Part shown: positions 18,378 to 26,611 of the stretch, in pieces
How the letters are laid out: each line of letters opens with the position of its first letter
Position numbering within the stretch: the stretch's first letter is position 1
Origin: Bdellovibrio sp.
GTDB taxonomy: Bacteria; Bdellovibrionota; Bacteriovoracia; Bacteriovoracales; Bacteriovoracaceae
NCBI GenBank assembly: GCA_022729855.1
Contig: DZBG01000003.1
Span: 257 to 64,256 of the forward strand
Length of the DNA: 64,000 nucleotides
Direction of reading: 5' to 3'
Translations under genes and position numbers: made by a program
Notes under the pieces: generated by a model
The model's input: the letters and a program-made list of their open reading frames with translations, nothing else
The model's database searches: none
Told to the model about the DNA's origin: nothing

Positions 18378-19516
18378 GATTTTGATTTTTTTTGATCAGG
18401 ATCAAAGACTTTGATCTTCCCGTAGTTCATCTCTTTGCCAAGATTCTTAATCTCTTCAATTGGTAATTTATCGTAGGGAAGAGTGGGATCAAACTTATCA
18501 GAGAGACGAAGATCTTTAGCAAACTCTGCTCTTACATAGTGAACATGGTGATCAAAGACATCAAAGATTTTTGGATCGAGTTTTATTGCGCGGTATTTTC
18601 TCATCACATTCATTGCATCAGGAATGCTTAAAACTTCGTTATATGAGCGCTTTGTCGTAATGGCATCAAAGAAATCAGCGATGGTGCAAACACGTGCTAA
18701 TAAGTGAATTTGATCTTCTTTAAGTTTATTTGGATAACCTGTTCCATTCCAGTTTTCATGGTGTTCATGAACCACTCTTGAAACGATTCCTAAATCAATA
18801 TCATCACTCACTTCACAGTGACCGCTTAGAAGCAGTTCAAATCCAAAGTCTGGATGCTTTTTAATTTGGTTATAATCATCATCTGTTAATCCACCAGGTG
18901 AATTTAAAATATGCGTTGGAATTTTAATTTTACCTAGATCATGGAGTAAGCCTCCAAGACCCGCGTGCATAAGTTCTAAGCGTGAAGCACGAGGATTGAG
19001 TGCGCGGTAAATGGTAATACAATACATCGACACATTTATAGAGTGATCATAAGTATAAAAATCATGAAAACTTAAATTCGCAATAAGTCCTCTTAAAGAA
19101 TCAATTCCATGATGATCGAGAACATCCACCATTGACTCTACGACATCACGACACCCTTGAATACTTTGAGAAAGAAGCTCAGTTGAGAACTCTTTATCTT
19201 TATCAAAAATTTGGTGAAGGTATTTAATCGCGGATTCTTTAAGCACTGTCGATTTCTGAACATCATCCACACCCTCTTGATGAACTAAAGAGTGTAAATA
19301 CAAACGACGTTGAGTTTCAGAAACATAAAGCTGAAGATATTTATGATGAAGATCGTCCACATCTTCGCGAGTGAGAACATCGCCAATAGGAGTGATACGA
19401 ACAAATTTCTCACGATCCACTAAAGATGACGAATTGACGTATAAATCATACAGAAGTGGCTTACCCACTTGAATCAATTCTCGATGGACTGAAAAATAGC
19501 TTAATCGATCTGTCAT
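18374..19516 (-). CDS. HD-GYP domain protein (putative c-di-GMP phosphodiesterase)
   Basis: 380-aa ORF. 'LLHDLGKIKIP' (HD) and 'HHENWNGTGYP' (GYP) motifs. N-terminal ~150 aa unassigned, with no receiver domain. Confidence 0.85.
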   Translation of the reverse strand: MTDRLSYFSVHRELIQVGKPLLYDLYVNSSSLVDREKFVRITPIGDVLTREDVDDLHHKYLQLYVSETQRRLYLHSLVHQEGVDDVQKSTVLKESAIKYLHQIFDKDKEFSTELLSQSIQGCRDVVESMVDVLDHHGIDSLRGLIANLSFHDFYTYDHSINVSMYCITIYRALNPRASRLELMHAGLGGLLHDLGKIKIPTHILNSPGGLTDDDYNQIKKHPDFGFELLLSGHCEVSDDIDLGIVSRVVHEHHENWNGTGYPNKLKEDQIHLLARVCTIADFFDAITTKRSYNEVLSIPDAMNVMRKYRAIKLDPKIFDVFDHHVHYVRAEFAKDLRLSDKFDPTLPYDKLPIEEIKNLGKEMNYGKIKVFDPDQKKSKS

Positions 19517-19555
19517 ATCCCTATTGTAGCTCTTTTAAGGATAAATTCGGATAAG

Positions 19556-19585
19556 AAAAAAAAGGCCCGTATAGAAACGGGCCTT
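19556..19585 (-). terminator. Rho-independent terminator of ssb
   Basis: Minus strand reads AAGGCCCGT-ttctat-ACGGGCCTT followed by a T-run, about 25 nt downstream of the ssb stop. Confidence 0.85.
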
Positions 19586-19610
19586 AACTTATGAAAATCT
19601 TAAGATTTGA

Positions 19611-20063
19611 CTAGAATGGAATATCATCAGAAGCAAAATGAGCGTCAGTCTGGATATTGTAATCCCCAGTCATCTCATTGTTATTAGGTGCTGCCTGAGA
19701 GAAGCTTGAATCTACTGATCTTTCGTTAGTAGCTGCTGGGCCACCGATGAATTGAACTGTAGAAGCTAGGATTTCAGTCGTATAACGTTTGTTACCGTCT
19801 TTATCATCCCAAGAACGAGTTTGAAGTTTTCCTTCAATAAACGCTTGGCGGCCTTTAGCTAAGTATTGGTTACAAAGCTCAGCAAGTTTTCCCCAAACAA
19901 CAATACGGTGCCATTCAGTGCGATCTTGTTTTTGACCACTTTTGTCAGTCCAAGATTCAGTTGTTGCGAGAGAAAAATTACAAACAGCTGAACCATTTGG
20001 GATAAATTTCATCTCTGGATCCTGACCTAGACGACCAAGAATAATTACTTTGTTTACGCTCAT
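19611..20063 (-). CDS. ssb: Single-stranded DNA-binding protein
   Basis: 150-aa ORF. '[16 protein letters not shown]', '[14 protein letters not shown]' and C-terminal acidic tip 'DDIPF'. Confidence 0.95.
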   Translation of the reverse strand: MSVNKVIILGRLGQDPEMKFIPNGSAVCNFSLATTESWTDKSGQKQDRTEWHRIVVWGKLAELCNQYLAKGRQAFIEGKLQTRSWDDKDGNKRYTTEILASTVQFIGGPAATNERSVDSSFSQAAPNNNEMTGDYNIQTDAHFASDDIPF

Positions 20064-20201
20064 GGGAACTCCTTCTTTTGTTAAGTAGTATCAAAGGTAA
20101 AAGCTCTGGAAAAGCATTTTCCTCTGACATTGTCTGAGATTACATAGGAGCAAACTCATGGCCAAAAGAAGAAATTCTAAGTCTTAGTAATAATGGAATT
20201 A

Positions 20202-20630
20202 TTAAAGATGTGTTTGGAAATTTTTCTCAACTGAAGGGAGTTTTTGTTTAGTTCTTTGAGATTGGAGTGCAAGATTTGACTCAGTATTTTGGGCCAAAAA
20301 CTCCTCTACCTTGCGGCGAGCCAGCTTTACATCTTTCTTATACCAAGTTGGATCAAAGCCGCAAAACGGACACGCAAGATCACGACGATAATAAGATTTA
20401 TGAACACTCTCAAAAATAATCCAAACGAGAACAGGAGCTCCTACCATTTTAAAGTCGAAGAAAGGAAAACCAGCAATCATCACGACAGCTGAAATCAGAG
20501 CAATTTGGAAATATTGAAACTTACTAAGGTGTCTTCCGTAACGAAGAACACGCGGTGATCTGCACAAAGCGCAGTAACACTCTTTACTGTCTTTTTTTTG
20601 CTTGAGAGCATGCATTCGGTAAGCGTTCAT
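20202..20630 (-). CDS. Small membrane protein with a CxxC...CxxC zinc-ribbon-like motif split by two TM helices
   Basis: 142-aa ORF. AAGGAG 8 nt upstream of the ATG. 'CALCRSPR' and 'CPFCGFDP' flank the hydrophobic stretches 'IALISAVVMIAGFPFF' and 'GAPVLVWIIF'. Confidence 0.55.
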   Translation of the reverse strand: MNAYRMHALKQKKDSKECYCALCRSPRVLRYGRHLSKFQYFQIALISAVVMIAGFPFFDFKMVGAPVLVWIIFESVHKSYYRRDLACPFCGFDPTWYKKDVKLARRKVEEFLAQNTESNLALQSQRTKQKLPSVEKNFQTHL

Positions 20631-20684
20631 AGTCAGATCTCCTTACTCTATTAAAACACACTCTCAGCCACTGTCGTAGACCCT

Positions 20685-20721
20685 AAAAAAAGTGCCTCTA
20701 GGCTTCCCGCGAAGCCTAGAG
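20685..20721 (-). terminator. Orphan intrinsic-terminator-like hairpin in the leader of the 20202..20630 gene
   Basis: Perfect 11-bp stem (20696..20706 / 20711..20721, 4-nt loop). On the minus strand it is followed by CAC and seven T (20685..20691). No minus-strand CDS lies upstream of it. Confidence 0.5.
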
Positions 20722-20919
20722 AGGGGGAAGTGTAAAACGTGGAAAAAACAAGATGGGACGTTGGGAGAGGCACACCGAGTTCAACAAACGTACAGCTTCC
20801 AAAGATCGGCACCCTTTGGATGCTTTACACCTTACAAATGCCATACCAAAATAGACGAATGTAATATTAACCACTTTAACAACAAACGAGTGACCCTAGT
20901 GACTATTTGGCCCTCTGCA

Positions 20920-23571
20920 ATGGGGATAAGACGGAACCAGCGCGGACAAATTAGCTTATTTTTTTCGGCATCACTGATTGTACTCATTACGATCATCGCC
21001 TTTGTTATAAATATTGGTTTATTCGTTAAAGCTAAAATCAACTTACAAAATTCTGTGGATGCAGCTGCCTATGCCGGTGCTTCAGTTCAAGCAAGACAGC
21101 TGACAAAAATTGCTTATCTCAATTGGGAAATGCGAAACATTTATAAAGAGTGGATGTTTAAATATTACGTTTTAGGAAATGTCTCACTTGAAGGTGTAAA
21201 AAATCCTTCTGGTTCTGTGATGGATTTTAAAATGAAAGCGGATCTCATTAGTGACGCTCAAGATCCGTACGACTGGCCTTCGATTTGTATTCACTTAGCC
21301 GCTGGTAGTGGACAAGGTGGGACGACAAATATTTGTAGCCGCTACTCTGTTCCCGGTCTTCCTGAATTTGGTGGATATAGTATGCCCGGAGCTGAAGAAG
21401 CTTCTCGTGCTTTTATTGATGCCCTTCTCGATTCAAAAATGGCCGACTGTAATTTTAGAACAAAGATGAATCTCTATGTGGCCAACTCTTGGGCCTATAA
21501 TGTTTTAAATAGTACTCCTGATTCTCAGATGACAAGTTACGGCCCAGCGATTCTCGCTGACAGACAAGGGGCATGGCCTGCAGCTGTTGAGCTTGCGATG
21601 AGAATTAGAAATCTTGAATACGTGGTGAATCGTCCACCGGTGACTGAGGGGATTTGTAACGGTGGCTCAACAGAACTTACAAACTGTTCAAAACAAATTA
21701 CAGAATTTACTGGTGATGCCACTCTTGGAAACGAAAGAATCACTAAAGCTTTTTATTCAGCCTATCGAAATCTTGCTACAACCAATGATGAACTCAAAGA
21801 AACCTTTACTCTAAGAGAGCTCGCCCCAACTGTTGCTGATGTCGGCACTCAGTATTCAGCGAGTTATTTATTTGTTCCAGGAACAATGTACCAACAAGTC
21901 AAAAAGCATTACCTAGACCTTAAGGTCATGTCGGTAAACTACGCGACTTTCTACGATACATTTATTCAATCAGCGAGTACGACAACTTCTGGGACATGTG
22001 ATGTGACAAAGCTGGCCCTCCCCGTTCCTGGTTATCCTCTAGGTTTTTATAAAAATCCTGATATCGTGACTTACTATGCAGTTAAAGGTGAAGCTGAGTT
22101 CGTGGGAATGTTTAATCCATTTGGTAAAACGGTAAAACTCACGGCCTATGCTGCGGCCAAGCCTTTTGGTGGAAGAATCGGGCCTGTTTTATTTAACACT
22201 GAAGATACTAAGGTTGTTTCAAGAAAAACTGCCAACAACTATCGTTCAGCACCTTATATTATTGGAATCAATTTAGATCAAATTCCTGATAAGCAAAATC
22301 CTGGCCAGACTTTGGCCACAGGATCGTATACACCAGGTGCCCCACTTCCCTTATCAGAATTTTGGCTAGCAGAAGCGAATCAGCCAGTTGGTTACACTAG
22401 CACTGGTGGTGTGAGTGGAGATCTTAAATTTGGCATCCCGAATTTAGTTTATGATTTTCCCCAACAAAAAAATTCTTATAGCAGTTTAGCGAATCCTATT
22501 TATCAAATTGTAGCTGGTGACCAAGGTTCAGTTTCACCTATTGGCCTTTATAACACTGATCAATTTAAAAAGTTTCAAAGTAATATTTTTAAACCAGGTA
22601 ACCAACTAAACTCAGATGAGATGGGCGAAGCAGTTTTAAGAGCACGAGCTCCCACTGAGTATGATGCTTTTAATTATTTGATCCCTTCTCCCAATGATAT
22701 TAATACCACTCTCAAAATTGATGCTTTTGGGTTTATTGCAAAAGATCCTGTTCCATTAAAAGCTCCTGCAAATGGCGATCTGATTTATACACATAATATC
22801 TATGCTCCGCTGTATAGCTCGCAACAAAAAGATATTTTATATAAGAATCCTACTGATGTCGTAAAAGTAGTGAATGACTATATGGCCGCTCAGAAACCGG
22901 CGATTGATAAATATCGCGAGGCCCTCAATAAGGCTGCACAAGCAGTTTATGCCATGAGAAACTCTAACTCTTCAGATGCCAGTGATATTCCTTATCTTAA
23001 AGCTGCAGATGGTATTTCAGATCTTGGTTTTGTAGCAGGAACTGCGGATGGAGTGGATCCAAAAACAGGAGTCCCAAAAACTTGTCAGAGTATGCTTGGC
23101 CAATTTTTAGCTTTCTATCTTGGTTCAAGTGGAGTCTTAGATAATTCCGGATGCCCGGTCTCACTTGGCGAGCAAATTGGAACTTATTTTGCTGCGAGTG
23201 GCCCTGGCCAAAAATACAGTTCAGACTCTTATGCTCTTGAGTTTGTTTGGAAGAAAGGCAGCGGCACACTCCCTCCTGAAAAACTTTTTACGGGTTTTAT
23301 GCCAGGTTCATGGACAGGAATTAATGACTCAGGAAGTTACTCTCCTATCTTTGGAGGTGACTCTGAACTGATGCGTAGAAATAGTTACTCTACAAAATTT
23401 GTCACCCTTAACTCTCTTGGCCCTTCAGGGCATTATAACGAAGTTGCGAACACTTTTCCTACTATGTCAGAAGGTAAGTTTCAAAAAACAGGGGGGGAGA
23501 CCGAAATCCAACAAAAGAGCTTCGCTAATAGCTTAAGTAACACTGGAGCACCGTCTCAAGTAAACTATTAA
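20920..23571 (+). CDS. Large TadG-like (Flp pilus assembly TadE/G-like N-terminal domain) protein
   Basis: Start placed at the ATG at 20920. It is uncertain because there is no clear SD, and an in-frame GTG at 20890 is also possible. 'RGQISLFFSASLIVLITIIAFVINIGLFVKAKINLQNSVDAAAYAGA' matches the TadG/Tad N-terminal TM + 'DAAAlAGA' pattern. The remaining ~830 aa are unassigned. Confidence 0.7.
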   Translation: MGIRRNQRGQISLFFSASLIVLITIIAFVINIGLFVKAKINLQNSVDAAAYAGASVQARQLTKIAYLNWEMRNIYKEWMFKYYVLGNVSLEGVKNPSGSVMDFKMKADLISDAQDPYDWPSICIHLAAGSGQGGTTNICSRYSVPGLPEFGGYSMPGAEEASRAFIDALLDSKMADCNFRTKMNLYVANSWAYNVLNSTPDSQMTSYGPAILADRQGAWPAAVELAMRIRNLEYVVNRPPVTEGICNGGSTELTNCSKQITEFTGDATLGNERITKAFYSAYRNLATTNDELKETFTLRELAPTVADVGTQYSASYLFVPGTMYQQVKKHYLDLKVMSVNYATFYDTFIQSASTTTSGTCDVTKLALPVPGYPLGFYKNPDIVTYYAVKGEAEFVGMFNPFGKTVKLTAYAAAKPFGGRIGPVLFNTEDTKVVSRKTANNYRSAPYIIGINLDQIPDKQNPGQTLATGSYTPGAPLPLSEFWLAEANQPVGYTSTGGVSGDLKFGIPNLVYDFPQQKNSYSSLANPIYQIVAGDQGSVSPIGLYNTDQFKKFQSNIFKPGNQLNSDEMGEAVLRARAPTEYDAFNYLIPSPNDINTTLKIDAFGFIAKDPVPLKAPANGDLIYTHNIYAPLYSSQQKDILYKNPTDVVKVVNDYMAAQKPAIDKYREALNKAAQAVYAMRNSNSSDASDIPYLKAADGISDLGFVAGTADGVDPKTGVPKTCQSMLGQFLAFYLGSSGVLDNSGCPVSLGEQIGTYFAASGPGQKYSSDSYALEFVWKKGSGTLPPEKLFTGFMPGSWTGINDSGSYSPIFGGDSELMRRNSYSTKFVTLNSLGPSGHYNEVANTFPTMSEGKFQKTGGETEIQQKSFANSLSNTGAPSQVNY

Positions 23572-23663
23572 ATCCTCACTTGAAATTAGTTTTAGGTAGG
23601 CTATATACTTAAGATGTCTTTTTTGACTAATATTCAAAATCTATCAATATCAAAGGACTATTT

Positions 23664-24320
23664 GTGGCAACGAAAAAACCAGCAAAAAAAGTAGCTAAAA
23701 AAGCACCAGCTAAAAAAGCTGTGGCCAAAAAACCTGTAAAAAAAGCACCTGCTAAAAAAGCAGTAGTTAAAAAGCCAGCACAAAAAACACCTGCTAAGAA
23801 AGCTGTGAAAAAAGTTGCGACAAAAAAAGCTCCTGTAAAAAAAGCACCTGCTAAAAAGCCAGCTAAGAAAGTTATTCCTAAAAAAGCTCCGGCGAAAAAA
23901 GTAACTCCTAAAAAAGCTCCTGCTAAGAAAGCACCTGTTAAAAAAGTTGCTGCCCCAAAAGCAAAGAAAGAAGAAAAGAAAAAAGTCATCGTTCCGGAGG
24001 TAGTTAGTCCTGCTTCGTCTGTTACGCCAGCTCATGCAAAAACTGCAGCATTTGATGACGATTATATGTCAGATTCTGTGAATGATGATTTTGATGCCGA
24101 ATTCGATGATGAAGAAGAAGATGAAGGCGAAGCTGCTGCTAAACCACTAACTGAAGAAGATGAAGACGATGATAACTATGGTTACGGTTGGGGCTATGAA
24201 GAAGGCCTAGACTCTCCTGAAGATGTTGATGATTCAAAAGATGAGGAAGACGAAGATGAAGAATATATTCGTGGACCAAAAGTAAAATCAGAAGAAGTTG
24301 ACGACGACGACGATTACTAG
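23664..24320 (+). CDS. Histone-H1-like K/A/P-repeat basic protein with a strongly acidic C-terminal tail
   Basis: GTG start with AAAGGA 6 nt upstream. The N-terminal half is 'KKAPAKKA'-type repeats. The C-terminal half is D/E-rich ('DDFDAEFDDEEEDEGE', 'EEVDDDDDY'). Own terminator downstream. Confidence 0.75.
   Translation: MATKKPAKKVAKKAPAKKAVAKKPVKKAPAKKAVVKKPAQKTPAKKAVKKVATKKAPVKKAPAKKPAKKVIPKKAPAKKVTPKKAPAKKAPVKKVAAPKAKKEEKKKVIVPEVVSPASSVTPAHAKTAAFDDDYMSDSVNDDFDAEFDDEEEDEGEAAAKPLTEEDEDDDNYGYGWGYEEGLDSPEDVDDSKDEEDEDEEYIRGPKVKSEEVDDDDDY
23670..23985 (+). repeat. Imperfect tandem coding repeats (AAAAAAGCACCTGCTAAAAAAGC-like units)
   Basis: Near-identical units are visible, e.g. at 23699, 23741, 23839, 23881 and 23911. 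They encode the KKAPAKKA repeats. The low complexity also generates long spurious antisense ORFs. Confidence 0.8.
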
Positions 24321-24340
24321 AAAATACTAAAATAATTGAA

Positions 24341-24371
24341 GAGGCCCCTCTCAAGGGGCCTCTTTATTTTT
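24341..24371 (+). terminator. Rho-independent terminator of the H1-like gene
   Basis: GAGGCCCCT-CTCA-AGGGGCCTC hairpin followed by TTTATTTTT. Confidence 0.8.
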
Positions 24372-24379
24372 GAGGCCCT

Positions 24380-24628
24380 ATGAAAAAATTAGAACTTTAT
24401 TTTTATAACGAATGTCCTTATTGCCAAATTGTTCTTTCAGCGATTAAAGAAGCAAAATTGAATGATAAGGTTCAATATTTTAATACTCGTGAAAATCCGG
24501 CCAATAGAGAAAAGCTAGTCAAAGATACAGGACGTGGCACAGTTCCATGTTTGTATATTGATGGTAAACCAATGCATGAGTCTCGCGATATTGCGAACTG
24601 GCTCAAAGAGTATGCTAAAACACTTTAA
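24380..24628 (+). CDS. Glutaredoxin-family small redox protein
   Basis: 82-aa ORF. 'CPYC' active site near the N-terminus and 'TVPCLYIDGKPM' (cis-Pro region). Confidence 0.8.
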   Translation: MKKLELYFYNECPYCQIVLSAIKEAKLNDKVQYFNTRENPANREKLVKDTGRGTVPCLYIDGKPMHESRDIANWLKEYAKTL

Positions 24629-24648
24629 AGAAATAAGACGGAGCACTT

Positions 24649-25938
24649 GTGGAAATTAGAGACCCTGTTCACGGTTCAATTGCAATTAACGATGCGGAAA
24701 TTCCAATATTAGAACATGCGTTCTTTCAACGTTTACGTCGAATAAAGCAATTGGGATTCTCTGAATACGTTTTCCCTGGGGCCACACACACACGTTATAT
24801 CCATTCAATTGGAGTCATGCATGTGTCGACCATGGTTTTTAATAATTTATTCCAAGGGCAAGACTCTGCCGACTTAAGACGTCTTAAAGAAACACTTCGA
24901 TTGGGTTGTCTTCTTCACGATATTGGCCATGCGCCCTTAAGTCACTCTACTGAGTCAGTTATGCCTCAAGTAAGTGAACTAAAACTTCCTTCTCGTTTTG
25001 CGATTAATGAAAACCGTCAAGCGAGTCATGAGGACTATACGATTAAATCAATCGTTGATAGCTCATTTACGGAATCATTTAAAAAAGTACGTTCTCAATA
25101 TGGAATCACACCTGAAGCAGTGGCTGAACTTGTGACAGGTGATACTAAAGACTCTGGATACTTTACAGTAAACGGCGTGAACTATTTCCCTCTTCTGCAT
25201 CAACTTGTTTCTTCAGAAATGGATTGTGATCGAATGGACTATCTTCTAAGAGATAGTTACTTCTGTGGAGTGAGTTACGGAAAGTTCGATCTTGACTGGA
25301 TTGTTGATAATTTAAAAGTTTGCCATGAAAACAATCATGCTTTCATTGGTATTACAGAACGAGCAATCTCAACTTTTGATGATTTTCTTTTAAGTCGCTT
25401 TCATATGTTTATGATGGTGTATTTTCACTACCGTGCGGTGTGCTTAGAACAGATGCTTATGCGCTATTTTAAATCATCAACTGAATATTCGATTCCTGCG
25501 GGGATTGAGGACTATCTTGATCACGATGATCCTTTTCTTTATAAAGTTCTTCGCAATAGCAATAATGAGTGGGCAAAAAGAATAGTAAACAATGATATTC
25601 CAAAAAAGATTCTTGAAACTTTCGGGGATAATTACATCGATCAGATGAATGACCTCAAAGCTTATTTTGATAATGAAAAAATTGATTATATTTTCTGTTC
25701 TTCAACAGGAAGACTTTCTAAATATTATAATGAGACATCTCCTCAGCAAAAACATCCTATGAAAGTGATTAGAGAATCAAGCCTCTCTAAGGGTTATCAG
25801 TCGATTAAAAATATCCAAGAAGCGACTGATCTTTTTACTAAGTACAGTGAGTCTCATGCAGTGAATAGAATTCATTGTGATTTTGATTTATTATCAAAAT
25901 CTCAACAATCTGAAGTGATGAAGATTATCCAAGGCTAA
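24649..25938 (+). CDS. HD-domain phosphohydrolase (COG1078, SAMHD1/EF1143-like putative dNTP triphosphohydrolase)
   Basis: GTG start, 429-aa ORF. 'THTRYIHSIGV', 'LLHDIGHAPLSH' and 'DCDRMDYLLRDSYFCGV' motifs. Confidence 0.85.
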   Translation: MEIRDPVHGSIAINDAEIPILEHAFFQRLRRIKQLGFSEYVFPGATHTRYIHSIGVMHVSTMVFNNLFQGQDSADLRRLKETLRLGCLLHDIGHAPLSHSTESVMPQVSELKLPSRFAINENRQASHEDYTIKSIVDSSFTESFKKVRSQYGITPEAVAELVTGDTKDSGYFTVNGVNYFPLLHQLVSSEMDCDRMDYLLRDSYFCGVSYGKFDLDWIVDNLKVCHENNHAFIGITERAISTFDDFLLSRFHMFMMVYFHYRAVCLEQMLMRYFKSSTEYSIPAGIEDYLDHDDPFLYKVLRNSNNEWAKRIVNNDIPKKILETFGDNYIDQMNDLKAYFDNEKIDYIFCSSTGRLSKYYNETSPQQKHPMKVIRESSLSKGYQSIKNIQEATDLFTKYSESHAVNRIHCDFDLLSKSQQSEVMKIIQG

Positions 25939-25940
25939 GA

Positions 25941-26600
25941 ATGTATCGGTTTTTTCTCTATGTCATTCTGGTTATTATCTATTTAGGCCTAGCGAAGGTC
26001 CTCTCTCCTACTGAGTTTGGCGTCCAATACCTTCAGAATGAGAAGAACTTCAGCAAGGTTTTTAAAGGTAATCAACTTACCGCAATCCTAATCGATAGTC
26101 ATGCAACGGGATTTCTGATTAAAACCTATTATCAAAAATACCGAGTCATCTATGGCTTTCAAAATGTTGAAGAAATCATTGTCAGAACATCAAAAGAATT
26201 TGCCGTTAAAAATATTAAGAATATGGGCATGTCTCTTTACCGAAACAATGAAAATATTGAAGAGATTATCCCTCTTCCTCCAGGCAGCCTTTATATAGGT
26301 AATCGAGAATTTGGCCAATGGAAAAAAATTAAATCGGGCAAGGTGAAATGGACTTTTTATAGAGTTTATAAAAATATCCCTCGTTATCTAGGCTGGGGAA
26401 CTTTTAGTCCTGATATGGAATTCTATCAAAAGATGCGTGCGGAAGTTTCGCTTAATCAGCCGTTTTATGGGCCCAATAATGAATTTGGATTGAACGGAAA
26501 AATAACAAAAGAACACTTTCCTCATTTTTTCACCGAACAAAGAACTAAGAAAGTTGAGTTCAAAACTCTCTTCATTGATTATTTTAAAGAGAATTTTTAA
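25941..26600 (+). CDS. N-terminally membrane-anchored hypothetical protein
   Basis: 219-aa ORF with a single N-terminal TM ('FFLYVILVIIYLGLA'). Lies 2 nt after the HD gene stop. Confidence 0.55.
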   Translation: MYRFFLYVILVIIYLGLAKVLSPTEFGVQYLQNEKNFSKVFKGNQLTAILIDSHATGFLIKTYYQKYRVIYGFQNVEEIIVRTSKEFAVKNIKNMGMSLYRNNENIEEIIPLPPGSLYIGNREFGQWKKIKSGKVKWTFYRVYKNIPRYLGWGTFSPDMEFYQKMRAEVSLNQPFYGPNNEFGLNGKITKEHFPHFFTEQRTKKVEFKTLFIDYFKENF

Positions 26601-26611
26601 GGATATCCTTT

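Noticed and set aside
20893-20899. CUAGGGU on the minus-strand leader, reminiscent of the 5' conserved block of the ykkC (guanidine-I) riboswitch.
   Set aside because: The other ykkC signature blocks (GGUCCGAGAG, ACACGG...GGGA) are absent. A 7-mer alone is not evidence.
20692-20919. 76-codon N-terminal extension (GTG start) of the TadG-like ORF given in the track.
   Set aside because: The extension is C/W/H/K-rich and non-protein-like, and it covers the structured intergenic leader including the 26-bp palindrome. The TadG-type TM module begins right after the Met at 20920.
23627-24035. Two long minus-strand ORFs (120 and 125 aa, F/L/A/G- or F/R/S-rich) antisense to the H1-like gene.
   Set aside because: They are mirror images of the AAA/GCN-rich tandem repeats. 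The composition is non-protein-like, they have no SD, and they are fully nested in the better-supported plus-strand gene.
24649-25938. I considered the HD-domain protein as a dNTP-depleting anti-phage defence gene.
   Set aside because: COG1078-type HD proteins are widespread housekeeping genes. The known defensive dGTPases belong to a different (Dgt-like) group. There are no neighbouring defence, mobile-element or integrase genes and no compositional break.
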